Shown: positions 1-10,022 of the stretch, piece after piece
Numbering within the stretch: position 1 is the first letter of the stretch
Layout of the letters: the number at the start of each line of letters is the position of its first letter
NCBI GenBank assembly: GCA_963544395.1
Contig: CAUUFA010000001.1
Coordinates: forward strand, 66,626-130,625
From: an uncultured Bacilli bacterium
GTDB taxonomy: Bacteria > Bacillota_I > Bacilli_A > RFN20 > CAG-288
Length of the DNA: 64,000 nt
Direction of reading: 5' to 3'
Translations under genes and position numbers: made by a program
Notes under the pieces: model-generated
Database searches by the model: none
Seen by the model: only the letters and a program-made list of their open reading frames with translations
What the model was told of the DNA's origin: nothing

Positions 1-1626
1 GCCGCAATCAGAGCCAATGTCTTCAGCTGGGATAATTTTACCTATATCTTCAGCGCCAGCGAAAACTATGGCGCTCCGATGAAGAACTCCATCGTCATCG
101 GTTTGATTGTTGCCTTAGGAGCAACCTTAGTCGGCTTTCTTTTCGCCTATGTGGAAGTTTATGTCCGCTTCCGCAGCAAGCTGATCACTGTTTTATTTAA
201 AATCGTCTCCTTGCTTCCCACCATCTCTCCGCCGTTCCTAGTCGCTATCGCCATCATTCTTCTCTTTGGCAACAACGGATTGATCACACACGGATTATTC
301 AAGATGATCACCAATGCATCCCTATACGGAATGACCGGTGTCATCATCGTCGAGATCATCACCTTCTTCCCGACTGCCTATCTGATGCTGAGAGCTCTTT
401 TGAAAAACATCGATCCCTCTTTGGAAGAAGCCGCCCGCGATATGGGTGCCGGTCGCTGGAAAGTCTTCTGGACTGTCACCTTCCCGCTTCTGATTCCAGG
501 AATCGGCAACTCTTTCCTTGTTGCCTTCATCGAATCCTTGGCTGACTTTGCCAACCCCTTCATCATCGGTGGCAACATCGAAACGATGTCCACCAAGATC
601 TACGTCACCTACACAGGTGGAAATGGTGCCTTTGCCAGCCATCGTGCTGCCGCTATGGCCTTGATCCTCCTGATGACTTCTATGTTCTTCTACTTCATTC
701 AGAAGTATTGTTTGGAAAAGAAGACCTATGCCACCTTAAGCGGCAAAGCGACGAGAGTCAGAATCATGATTGAAGACCGCAGTGTCGTCATCCCTCTAGG
801 CATCTTCTGCGGTCTCATCTCCGCTTTTGTCATCGCTCTTTATATTCTTGTCTTCATCTGTTCCTTCTGGAGAAACCTCGATGTGGCGAACATTGTCTGG
901 ACCACCGTCAACTGGTCAGAGATCGGACATAAGATGTTTGCCAGTTCCTCTCATTCCTTATGGAATACGGTCTGGACTTCCGCTGTTGCGGCAATCATCA
1001 CCGCCGCAATCTCTATGCTTGTCGCCTTCTTGATCGTCAAGAAGAAATTCATCGGAAAAGGCGCCATCGAATTCACTTCGATGTTAGCCATGGCTGTTCC
1101 GGGCACCGTCTTAGGTATCGGTTATGTCACCGGCTTTGTCCTCGGTGTGTTTGAGACAGGCTTCCTTAAATTCATCTATGGTTCCATGTCGATCATCGTT
1201 CTGATCTTCATCGTCCGTTCCCTGCCAATCGGTATCCGCTCAGGAGTCGGTGCTCTCAATCAAATCGATAAATCCATCGAAGAATCCGCCGCTGATATGG
1301 GAGCAGGAGCTGGTAAGATCTTCACTTCGGTCACCGTTCCGCTCATCAAAGACTCTCTCTTCTCTTCCTTGGTCACCAGCTTCGTCCGCTCGATGACCGC
1401 CATCTCCGCCGTCATCGTCGTCTCCACTGCAAAAACCACGCTCGTCACTTACGAAATGAACGAACTCAGCGGAAAAGGCGCCTACGAACAAGCCGCCGTC
1501 TACGCCACTGTCATGGTTATCATCGCCGGAGCCGCCGTCGGACTGATGGATCTCTTCATCCACTTCTTCGGAACAAGCCGTGTCAGAAAACCAAAGCGGC
1601 TGAAAGCTAAAAAAGGAGTCAACTGA
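1..1626 (+). CDS. ABC transporter permease, fused two-domain type (iron(III)/thiamine/polyamine-like); 5' end outside window
   Basis: Frame 1 is open from nt 1 into listed ORF 79..1626. Two permease EAA loops (EEAARDMGAGRWKVFWTVTFPLL and EESAADMGAGAGKIFTSVTVPLI) and many hydrophobic helices. The ATPase gene starts 2 nt after its TGA. Confidence 0.85.
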   Translation, partial: AAIRANVFSWDNFTYIFSASENYGAPMKNSIVIGLIVALGATLVGFLFAYVEVYVRFRSKLITVLFKIVSLLPTISPPFLVAIAIILLFGNNGLITHGLFKMITNASLYGMTGVIIVEIITFFPTAYLMLRALLKNIDPSLEEAARDMGAGRWKVFWTVTFPLLIPGIGNSFLVAFIESLADFANPFIIGGNIETMSTKIYVTYTGGNGAFASHRAAAMALILLMTSMFFYFIQKYCLEKKTYATLSGKATRVRIMIEDRSVVIPLGIFCGLISAFVIALYILVFICSFWRNLDVANIVWTTVNWSEIGHKMFASSSHSLWNTVWTSAVAAIITAAISMLVAFLIVKKKFIGKGAIEFTSMLAMAVPGTVLGIGYVTGFVLGVFETGFLKFIYGSMSIIVLIFIVRSLPIGIRSGVGALNQIDKSIEESAADMGAGAGKIFTSVTVPLIKDSLFSSLVTSFVRSMTAISAVIVVSTAKTTLVTYEMNELSGKGAYEQAAVYATVMVIIAGAAVGLMDLFIHFFGTSRVRKPKRLKAKKGVN

Positions 1627-1628
1627 TC

Positions 1629-3026
1629 ATGTCATTCATCGATGATTTAAAGAAGAAGATCACAGAAAAGAATTCTGCTCTGATCTACCGTCAGGAAAAG
1701 AGCCCTGTCGCTGTTCGCCTCGAGCACGTCTCCAAGATTTACGAAGATCCCAAGACCCATCGCCACTTCTATGCGGTCAAAGACAGCAACCTTGTCATCC
1801 AGCCGGGTGAATTCGTCACCCTGCTTGGTCCATCCGGTTGCGGCAAGACCACGACGCTGAGAATGGTCGCCGGTTTCGAATCCCCGGATGAAGGTCAGGT
1901 CTACATCGGCGATACACCGGTGAACGCATTGACCCCGAACCAGAGAGATACGGCGATGGTATTCCAATCCTACGCTCTCTTCCCTCACTACAACGTCTTT
2001 GACAATGTCGCTTATGGTCTTAAGTTGCGAAAGCTTGCCGTCCCGAAGAAGAACGACGACGGCTCTCCGGTCTTAGAGATCGATAACGCCAAGATCCATC
2101 AGACCAAAGAGATCATCAAGGCGATGGAAAAGAAGTTCAAGACGGCAACGGATCAGGATAAAGAAGTCCTGGAAAAAGAACTTGCCCATCAAAAAGAAGT
2201 CCTCAAAGATGCCTCCTCCAACCCGGTGCAGGCTTATGACTATCGTCCTTTCACCAAAGAGGAAATCCGGGAAAAGGTGTTAGCGATGCTGGAGCTTGTC
2301 GAACTGACTGGTATGGAAGACCGTATGACCAACCAGCTTTCCGGCGGTCAGCAGCAGCGTGTCGCCTTAGCCAGAGCTTTGGTCCTCAACCCTTCTGTCC
2401 TGCTCTTTGATGAACCTCTTTCCAACCTCGATGCCAAGCTCCGCGTCTCGATGAGAACAGAGATCAGAAAGATTCAGCAGAAGGTCGGCATCACCGCCCT
2501 CTATGTCACTCACGATCAGAGCGAAGCCATGGCGCTCTCTGACCGAATCATCATCATGAACAAAGGCTTCATCTCTCAGGTCGGTTCGCCGAAGCAGGTT
2601 TACTATGAACCGCAGAATGAGTTCATCGCCGACTTCATCGGTGAGGTCAACTTCATCAGCGGAAAAGCTGGAAAGTGCACCTCAGAAGAGATGGTTGTCA
2701 AAGCCGGAACGCGCGATATCCATACTGCGAATCCTTTCGGTTTCAAAGAGGGAGACGATGTCAAGCTTGTGCTCCGTCCTGAAGCCTCTCACCTCTCTGA
2801 AAAAGGTGAGATCAAGGTGAGAGTTGTTCTCTCCACCTTCATGGGTTCCTATCAGCTCTATCATGCGATGCTCGGCGACGACCTGATCAAGATCACCGAG
2901 TACAATCCGCGCGGCGGAAAGATCTTCGCCATCGGCGAAGAGGCTTACCTGTCCTTCGAGGACCGCGATGTCCATGCTCTGCCGGGACACGAAGCCATCA
3001 AGGCGGAGACGCTCTACATCAACTAA
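1629..3026 (+). CDS. ABC transporter ATP-binding protein (PotA/FbpC/MalK-like) with internal insertion
   Basis: Walker A GPSGCGKTT, signature LSGGQQQRVALARAL, Walker B LLFDEPLSNLD, H-loop VTHDQ, C-terminal regulatory/TOBE-like tail. Adjacent to the permease. Confidence 0.9.
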   Translation: MSFIDDLKKKITEKNSALIYRQEKSPVAVRLEHVSKIYEDPKTHRHFYAVKDSNLVIQPGEFVTLLGPSGCGKTTTLRMVAGFESPDEGQVYIGDTPVNALTPNQRDTAMVFQSYALFPHYNVFDNVAYGLKLRKLAVPKKNDDGSPVLEIDNAKIHQTKEIIKAMEKKFKTATDQDKEVLEKELAHQKEVLKDASSNPVQAYDYRPFTKEEIREKVLAMLELVELTGMEDRMTNQLSGGQQQRVALARALVLNPSVLLFDEPLSNLDAKLRVSMRTEIRKIQQKVGITALYVTHDQSEAMALSDRIIIMNKGFISQVGSPKQVYYEPQNEFIADFIGEVNFISGKAGKCTSEEMVVKAGTRDIHTANPFGFKEGDDVKLVLRPEASHLSEKGEIKVRVVLSTFMGSYQLYHAMLGDDLIKITEYNPRGGKIFAIGEEAYLSFEDRDVHALPGHEAIKAETLYIN

Positions 3027-3177
3027 GAAAATCAGCTGTTCATACAATGGATTTTTACAGAAAATAAAGCATAAAAACGTGCATGGTTTTTGAATGCTGT
3101 CTTTGTCCAGCCTTCGTTTTCCTTTTTGTTCGTTGCTGAAATACGCTAAAATAGATACAGAAAAAGAGGGAATCACT

Positions 3178-3819
3178 ATGGGCTACATCATTACCATTGG
3201 CAGACAGTTCGGCAGCGGAGGAAGAGAGCTCGGACGCCGTTTGGCCGATGAGCTTGCCATTGCCTATTACGACAGAGAGATTCTTTTGGAAGTGGAGAAG
3301 AAGACCGATTATTCATTGAACTACATTGAAAACGTATCCGAGGACAGACCGATCATCCTTCCACCGATCAATTACGGCAACTCGTTTATGATTTATCGGG
3401 ATGTCAACTTTGAGCAGAGCAACGAAGTCCATGCTGCTCAGGACAAGATCTTAAAGGAAGCCGCGGCAAAAAGCTCCTGTGTCATCATCGGAAGAGGCGC
3501 CGACTATGTGCTTAGGGATTTCCATCCTTTCCGCATCTTTGTCTATGCCGACATGGAGATCAGGCTCAAACGATGCCGAGAGCGTCAGAAAGAGGATGAG
3601 GCTAAAATGTCGGATCGGCAGTTCATCCGATTTATCCGCTCTGTCGATAAAAAGAGACGCCAATTCTACGATTTCTATACCGGTGTAGAGTGGGGCAAAA
3701 AGGAGAACTATGATCTGATGATCAACACCAGCCACGTTGATGTCAAGCAGGTCGCCCACAACCTCGCTCTCTTGATCAAGGACATCTATGCCGATGAGAA
3801 GATGGGAGAGGGCAAATGA
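3178..3819 (+). CDS. cytidylate kinase-like family protein
   Basis: N-terminus MGYIITIGRQFGSGGRELGRRLA is typical of this family. Start placed at ATG 3178 behind AAAGAGGGA (the listed ORF starts at 3094). Confidence 0.7.
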   Translation: MGYIITIGRQFGSGGRELGRRLADELAIAYYDREILLEVEKKTDYSLNYIENVSEDRPIILPPINYGNSFMIYRDVNFEQSNEVHAAQDKILKEAAAKSSCVIIGRGADYVLRDFHPFRIFVYADMEIRLKRCRERQKEDEAKMSDRQFIRFIRSVDKKRRQFYDFYTGVEWGKKENYDLMINTSHVDVKQVAHNLALLIKDIYADEKMGEGK

Positions 3820-4802
3820 TCCGCATCGGCATACTCGGCTGTGGCAGAATCGCCAGGACGATGGCGAAGACTCTGTCCCAGATGCAAGAGGAAGGAATTC
3901 AGCTTTCCGACTTCGCTTCCCGCACGGAAAGCAAAGCAAAACAATACGCAGACAAATTTCACGCAGAAAAAGCCTATGGCTCTTACGAAGCGCTCGTCTC
4001 TGATCCGGACATTGATCTGATCTATATCGCTACGCCGCATTCCGAGCACTTTGAGAACGCAAAACTCTGTCTGAATCACGGGAAACATGTTCTGTTAGAA
4101 AAAGCCTTCACCACCGATCACAGACATGCAGAAGAGCTCTGCCATCTCGCGGAAGAAAAAGGTCTTTTGCTGACAGAAGCAATCTGGACCCGCTATATGC
4201 CTTCCCGCAAGATTCTGAACGATATTCTTGCCGAAAAGCCGGTCGGTGAACCCTATTATCTCAGCGCAAACCTCGGCTATCCGATCTCCCAAAAAGAGAG
4301 GCTGATCGATCCTGCTCTGGCAGGCGGAGCTTTGCTCGATGTCGGTATCTACCCTCTGAATTTTGCCAGCATGGTCTTCGGAGATGACTATCAGGAAGTC
4401 CACGCTCATTGCACCTACACAGAAAGAGGCGTCGATGAGACTGATGTTTTCACCCTGATCTATCCGGACGGAAAACTCGCCGATCTGAACTGCTCTATGG
4501 TTGCACAATCAGATCGCCGTGGCATCATCTACTGCAGCAAGGGATATATCGAGGTGGATAACATCAACAATCCTCTTCTTGTCCGCATCTACGATCAAAG
4601 CTACCGCGCGATCAAAACCATTGAGATGCCAAAGCAGATCAACGGCTACGAATATGAAGTCAGGGAAGCGAGAGATGCCATCCTGAACCATCAGACAGAA
4701 TGCCCGTCGATGCCTCATGCTCAAACGGTCCTGATGATGAAACTGATGGATAACATTCGAAAGAAGATGAACATCATCTATCCGTTTGAAAAAGTCAAAT
4801 AA
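3816..4802 (+). CDS. Gfo/Idh/MocA family oxidoreductase
   Basis: Rossmann N-terminus IRIGILGCGRIA and LLEKAF motif. ATGA overlap with the upstream gene. Confidence 0.8.
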   Translation: MIRIGILGCGRIARTMAKTLSQMQEEGIQLSDFASRTESKAKQYADKFHAEKAYGSYEALVSDPDIDLIYIATPHSEHFENAKLCLNHGKHVLLEKAFTTDHRHAEELCHLAEEKGLLLTEAIWTRYMPSRKILNDILAEKPVGEPYYLSANLGYPISQKERLIDPALAGGALLDVGIYPLNFASMVFGDDYQEVHAHCTYTERGVDETDVFTLIYPDGKLADLNCSMVAQSDRRGIIYCSKGYIEVDNINNPLLVRIYDQSYRAIKTIEMPKQINGYEYEVREARDAILNHQTECPSMPHAQTVLMMKLMDNIRKKMNIIYPFEKVK

Positions 4803-4814
4803 GGAATCTGCTAC

Positions 4815-5129
4815 TTAGCTTTTTCCCTTTCCGTTCGCCTTTTTGTTTTTCTTTGCCGCCCTGCGCTCGGCGCGGTTTGGCTTTCTGTTGCTGTCCTGAA
4901 GATCGTACCGATCGCTAGGAAGCTCAGCGGCTTTGCTCCTGGCTTCATCATATTTTTGGTGAAACGCCTCTAAAGTAAGATCTGAGTTCTCTTGAGAGAG
5001 CTTGATCCACTCTGAAGCCATCGATGTGTCCCAGAAGTTTTTCTCTAGCGCTTCACTCGCTTCTTTCCGAGAGCATTGACGCATCGTCTTCAGCAGGGAA
5101 ACCCGCTGCCTTTGATCGTGATTCAGCAT
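4815..5129 (-). CDS. small protein with EF-Ts-N/UBA-like domain and Lys/Arg-rich tail
   Basis: LLKTMRQCSRKEASEALEKNFWDTSMASEWIK resembles the EF-Ts N-terminal (TS-N/UBA) helix pattern. Start at ATG 5129 behind GAAAGGAAGG; the longer listed ORF would overlap the upstream gene. Confidence 0.45.
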   Translation of the reverse strand: MLNHDQRQRVSLLKTMRQCSRKEASEALEKNFWDTSMASEWIKLSQENSDLTLEAFHQKYDEARSKAAELPSDRYDLQDSNRKPNRAERRAAKKNKKANGKGKS

Positions 5130-5146
5130 ACTTGTCCTTCCTTTCT

Positions 5147-6385
5147 CTATGAAACAGAGACTTCCAACCGCTGACGGATGCATTCACCAGCCAGGGCACC
5201 GGTAGAAAGCGCAATCTGAATGTTGAACCCGCCAGTAAACGCATCGACATCCATCACTTCTCCGGCAAAGAAAAGATTCGGAACACGTTTGGATTCCATC
5301 GTCTTGGGATTGAGTTCCAAAACGGAGACTCCGCCAGAAGTGACAACGGCTCGATCAAAGCCGTTCAGGCCAATATAGGTGAGTGGAAAATGTTTCAGGC
5401 CTTGGATCAGTTTCAGCCTCTCCTCTTTGGAAAAGCAATCTAATTTACGTTGATAATCCAAAGAAACAATCGTTTTGAAAAAGGAAATGAATGGTGCTGG
5501 GAGAAGCCCTCTGAGCAGATTGTCAACCGTTCCTTTGGCATTCTGCTCTACTTCTCTGGCGATGCGGTTCAGAAGCACCTCTTCGCTCAAAGCCGGCTTA
5601 AGATCCAGCTCTAAATGAATGCCTTCTTTCTTCCTATGGTTGATGAGAGACGAGGTCGTGATGACGATCGGTCCATCGAGATATCCGTCATAAAAGGCCA
5701 TCTCACCGAATTCCTCATGATGGAATTTTCCCTCTGTGACATGAAGAGAGATATTCCGCAACGTATATTGGAAGAGGCTAGCCGGGATCTGCTCTCTGAT
5801 CTTAATTCCCGTCAGAGCCGGGACTGGATCGACGATCGTATGAGAAAGAGATTGAGCGAATCGATATCCGTCTCCCGTCGATCCTGTTGCAGGGTAGGAT
5901 AGCCCTCCTGTAGCAATGACCAGGTAATCGCAAAATAAAACACCATGATTTGTCATCAGACGAAATCCGTTTTCTTCCTTTTCGATCTCCTTGACCTCGG
6001 TATGAAATCGGAAGGTAGCACCAGATTTTAGGCAGGCATTGACTAGGGTATCAATGATGTCATAGGCGTGATAGCTTTTCGGAAAGACACGGTTTCCCCG
6101 TTCAATGACAAGCGGAGTGCCCTCCCGTTCAAAAAAATCGATTGTGCTCTTGCTGGGAAAAGCGTGAATCGCTGAAAAAAGGAACTTAGGATTGTTGACA
6201 ACGTTGGCGATGAATTTATCTTCATTGCAGGCGTTGGTGACGTTGCACCTGCCTTTTCCTGTGATGAAAAGTTTCCGACCAGCCTTCTCATTCTTTTCCA
6301 GAATGAGGACTTCCTGACCTGACTTGGCAGCGTGAATCGCTGCGCTCATTCCGGCAGGTCCCGCTCCGATGATGATGGTTCTCAT
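5147..6385 (-). CDS. NAD(P)/FAD-dependent oxidoreductase, HI0933/BaiN-like flavoprotein
   Basis: MRTIIIGAGPAGMSAA dinucleotide-binding start, internal GKGRCNVTN motif, length about 410 aa. Start uncertain (6385, 6421 or 6433). Confidence 0.8.
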   Translation of the reverse strand: MRTIIIGAGPAGMSAAIHAAKSGQEVLILEKNEKAGRKLFITGKGRCNVTNACNEDKFIANVVNNPKFLFSAIHAFPSKSTIDFFEREGTPLVIERGNRVFPKSYHAYDIIDTLVNACLKSGATFRFHTEVKEIEKEENGFRLMTNHGVLFCDYLVIATGGLSYPATGSTGDGYRFAQSLSHTIVDPVPALTGIKIREQIPASLFQYTLRNISLHVTEGKFHHEEFGEMAFYDGYLDGPIVITTSSLINHRKKEGIHLELDLKPALSEEVLLNRIAREVEQNAKGTVDNLLRGLLPAPFISFFKTIVSLDYQRKLDCFSKEERLKLIQGLKHFPLTYIGLNGFDRAVVTSGGVSVLELNPKTMESKRVPNLFFAGEVMDVDAFTGGFNIQIALSTGALAGECIRQRLEVSVS

Positions 6386-6442
6386 ATCTATATTGTACCT
6401 GTGGAAAAAGGAGAATTCCATTCTGGAATTCAATGCTTTTCC

Positions 6443-8128
6443 TTATTTCAGTTCGATGGTTCTCTGGAAGCCAAGCTGATCCGAAAGTCGATGAGAGATG
6501 GAGATGACGGTTCTCTGCTTTGAGGCTGTTCCAAGCGCTTCGATGATCTGCTTTTCGGTCTTGGAGTCCAAGTTTGCCGAGATTTCGTCTAACAGCAGGA
6601 TTTTCGGATCGACGACAAGCGCTCTCGCTAGCGAGAGAAGCTGCAGCTGGCCACGGCTGAAATCACTTTCCTGGAACTTAGCCTGATAGCCGCCTTTGAT
6701 AGAGAATTTCACATACTCGTCCAAGAACACCGCCTTCATAACTTCCTCAACCTTCGAAGAAGTAATAGAAGGATCTTTCAGGGTGATCTGCTCTTCGATC
6801 GTTCCCGGAATTGACCGGAAGCCTTGCTCGACATATCCGAAGATTCTCCGCTTTTCGCCATTGGGAATCTTCGCCGCATCAAATCCGTTGATCAGAATCT
6901 TTCCTGAGGTCGGAGAAACCAGACCGAGGATCAGTTTGAACAAGGTCGTCTTTCCGACACCCGTTCTTCCGACTAGCGTCACCCGTTCCTCCGGAGAAAT
7001 GACAAACGAAGCGTCCGTAAAGACATTCTCTGTGCCATCATCATAGCGGAACGACATATCCTTGATTTCAATCAGATGCTCTGTAGGACTCTCCCATAGC
7101 CTCTCACAAGTATAGGAAGGATCCTTAGGTTCAATCTCCGGTTCATTCATGAACTGCCGAACTCTTTTTACGCCGGACACTCCTTCCTGCATCTCTTCTA
7201 GTTCCTTTCCGATCTCCGTAATCGGAGAGAAAATGTTGGAAATCAACGTCAAGGAAGCAGCATAGGTTCCGACAGAGATGCCAAGCGAGAGGAAATCCGC
7301 ATGGCCGGATCCATAGCAGACAAGCAAGGTGACCGCTGAGATGAGTGATGCTTTGATCAGATCAATGATTGGGGAATAGACAGCATCGAACCAAGAGGAT
7401 TGATCTCGGGCCTGGAAGGAACGCCCCAAAAGGACTGCATACTCCTCCTCGCGATATTGTTCTTGATCTAAGTTATGAATCGTCCGGCTGGCATCGATGC
7501 TTTCGCTCAAGGAGTTCGATTGGGCATTGATCAGCTTTCTATTCTTCATCTGATTTTTCAGCATTGATTTCCGAAACGAGGAAGTGATCAGAAAAATCAG
7601 AGGAAGCAAGGCAAAGATGATCAGCCCCAGCATCCAGGAAAAGGTGAAAACAGAGACGATGATGCCGATGATTTTGATCAAAGAGACAAGGATAGAGACG
7701 ATGCCTGTCGCAAACAAGGTCTCGATAGAGTAGACATCATCCATAACCTGAGAGTGCATCTCGCCGGTTCCATGGCTGGTGAAATAGGATGGCTTCATCC
7801 GATGGGTTTTCTGCATCATCTCATAGCGCAGCTCATGAATCATCTTCTGACCGAAAAAACTGATCATGAAGTTCTCAAAGACAGTGAAAGCACCGACGAA
7901 GAAATAAGATCCAAAATAAAGGGTGACAAGCAAAGCGATCTTTCCGCTTGCTGGTGTAGCAGAAGCAAGGCTTGGCTGAATGAAATCATCGATGACAAAG
8001 CGGAGCATGAAAGGAGGAAGAAGGCCAGAGAGCGCTGCGCCAAGGATGGCGATGGCTAAAAACAGTAGAAGGACGAGATGGCGTTTGAGAAAACGGAGGA
8101 GGAAATCCCGGATTCGAAACTCACTCAT
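6443..8128 (-). CDS. ABC exporter permease/ATPase fusion, subunit with canonical Walker B-Glu and degenerate signature
   Basis: N-terminal TM domain. Walker A GRTGVGKTT, signature FSRGQLQ (degenerate), Walker B LLLDEISANLD, H-loop SHRLS. Confidence 0.85.
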   Translation of the reverse strand: MSEFRIRDFLLRFLKRHLVLLLFLAIAILGAALSGLLPPFMLRFVIDDFIQPSLASATPASGKIALLVTLYFGSYFFVGAFTVFENFMISFFGQKMIHELRYEMMQKTHRMKPSYFTSHGTGEMHSQVMDDVYSIETLFATGIVSILVSLIKIIGIIVSVFTFSWMLGLIIFALLPLIFLITSSFRKSMLKNQMKNRKLINAQSNSLSESIDASRTIHNLDQEQYREEEYAVLLGRSFQARDQSSWFDAVYSPIIDLIKASLISAVTLLVCYGSGHADFLSLGISVGTYAASLTLISNIFSPITEIGKELEEMQEGVSGVKRVRQFMNEPEIEPKDPSYTCERLWESPTEHLIEIKDMSFRYDDGTENVFTDASFVISPEERVTLVGRTGVGKTTLFKLILGLVSPTSGKILINGFDAAKIPNGEKRRIFGYVEQGFRSIPGTIEEQITLKDPSITSSKVEEVMKAVFLDEYVKFSIKGGYQAKFQESDFSRGQLQLLSLARALVVDPKILLLDEISANLDSKTEKQIIEALGTASKQRTVISISHRLSDQLGFQRTIELK

Positions 8129-9893
8129 GGTTCACCTCCACCGCCTGAAGGCGATATAACTCCTGATAGGTCCTGTTTCCCTGAAGCAGACTGTCGTGCG
8201 TTCCAATCGACATGGTTCTGTCGCTGTTGATGACGGCGACCTGATCGCACATGGGGAAGTAGGAAAGACGATGGGAGAAGAAAAGAACGATGTTATCTTT
8301 TGCTAAGGTGCGGAGCTGGTTCATGATCTCATGCTCCGTTTTGATATCCACCGAAGCGAAGGGATCGTCTAAGATGACAAGGCCTTTCTGATGGAAGATG
8401 GTGCGAGCCAAGGCGATTCTCTCTTGCTGTCCGCCGGAGAGACGTACCCCTTCGTTTCCGATCACCGTCTTCTCTTTTTCAGGCATGGTGTTGAGATCTT
8501 TCTCAAACGAAACCATCTTCAGATACGGAAGTACAGACTCGGGATTTCCAAAGGCGATATTCGCCTGAATCGTCTCGGTAAGAAGGTCAGATTTATGTCC
8601 CATATACACGACGTTTCCTTTGATCTCGCCTTCCGAATAATCCCGGATTTCCTTGCCGAAAAGAACAGCGCTTCCTTCATAAGGAAGTTCCTGAAGGAAC
8701 ACCTTGCCGAAAGCGGATTTTCCGGAGGCAATCGGACCCGTAAGAGCGATGATCTGACCGCGATGTGCCTGAAGGTTGATGTGTTCAAACAGAGGACCTC
8801 CTTCTAAAGAGATGCCGAAGTCCTTCAGCTCAAGCCCATCCTTCTGATCGAAGGCAACAGGTTTGCTGTATTCCTGATAAGGTTGGATGAAGGGCTCGAT
8901 TCTCTTCCAAGCAGAGAGGCCTTGTTCCACGGAGGAAAAAAGCCTGGCCGTATGGCTGGCTTTGGAGGCGAGCATGACAAATGTCGAGACATAGGTCGTA
9001 AAGACACCGATCGTCCAGGTCGGTTTCATCAGGACCGGGATATAGACAACAAGAGGCGTGGCAGCGATGACATAGGTAGGAGCAAGGAGCAGAATCGGAA
9101 TCAAACCTGCTAAAGCGATGACTTCAGCAATCGGGATGATCGTGTTGGAAAGAAGGGCAGAGATCACATTCTTGGACTCGTACTGTTTCAGCGTATCATC
9201 GTAATGAGTGAGATTATCTTGATCCCGAGAGTTGATGCGATAAAGCAAGGCGTTGTCGAACAAATCAAACGTCTCGCCGGAAAGAAGAGAGTTCTGCTTT
9301 CTTGAAGTTGCACTTGCCAGATAGATTTTCTGTCGGAACGAGAAGGCAAAGATGATCGCTACCGCAATCGGGATCAAGGCAAAGAGCGTCATTTTCCACT
9401 CAAAGAGCATCAGATAGACGATATAAACAAGGAACAGGAAGAGTGTATCGAAGATCTCGGTTGTCAGTTTGCGCATGCCTTCGACCGTCTGGAAGACATC
9501 CGACTGGCACCGGGAAAGAAGAGTGCCGACATTCTCCTTCTCCAACTCATTCATGCTCTCGTGAAGGATGTTGTTGTAAAGATGAATCCGCATCGACGTG
9601 ATGGCGTTGTTAGCAAACCGCCTGATGGCATAACGCTTAATGGCTCTGGCGATTTCCACAGCAAGGATGACAGCCAGATAGATCGATGTCATCTTAAGCA
9701 CGGAAGAGAAGTCACAGGCATCCGCCTGCAAAGCATCGACAAGCTGTCCTTGGAAGAAGGGACTCGCCAGTATTCCGATGTTGTAGAGCAGACCGGAGAT
9801 CAGGATGATCACACAGAGAAAAGGTCGGCTTTTCCAGTAGGAGAGCAGCGATTCCGGGTGATTGACCGTCTTGATGTGTTCTTCTTTTACCAC
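8121..9893 (-). CDS. ABC exporter permease/ATPase fusion, subunit with degenerate Walker B
   Basis: TM domain. Walker A GPIASGKSA, signature LSGGQQERIALART, Walker B VILDDPFASVD (Asp replaces the catalytic Glu). GTG start; 8-nt overlap with the partner gene. Confidence 0.85.
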   Translation of the reverse strand: MVKEEHIKTVNHPESLLSYWKSRPFLCVIILISGLLYNIGILASPFFQGQLVDALQADACDFSSVLKMTSIYLAVILAVEIARAIKRYAIRRFANNAITSMRIHLYNNILHESMNELEKENVGTLLSRCQSDVFQTVEGMRKLTTEIFDTLFLFLVYIVYLMLFEWKMTLFALIPIAVAIIFAFSFRQKIYLASATSRKQNSLLSGETFDLFDNALLYRINSRDQDNLTHYDDTLKQYESKNVISALLSNTIIPIAEVIALAGLIPILLLAPTYVIAATPLVVYIPVLMKPTWTIGVFTTYVSTFVMLASKASHTARLFSSVEQGLSAWKRIEPFIQPYQEYSKPVAFDQKDGLELKDFGISLEGGPLFEHINLQAHRGQIIALTGPIASGKSAFGKVFLQELPYEGSAVLFGKEIRDYSEGEIKGNVVYMGHKSDLLTETIQANIAFGNPESVLPYLKMVSFEKDLNTMPEKEKTVIGNEGVRLSGGQQERIALARTIFHQKGLVILDDPFASVDIKTEHEIMNQLRTLAKDNIVLFFSHRLSYFPMCDQVAVINSDRTMSIGTHDSLLQGNRTYQELYRLQAVEVNHE

Positions 9894-10022
9894 AGCTCAT
9901 ATTTTACTACACCGATGATTAAGCCCGTGTCAGGAAACACGGAAATTATCTGACAAAACAGCTTTGTCAGAATGAAATTACATCACTGAGCCGATATAAT
10001 ATCTGCGGAAGAAGGAAACTCT

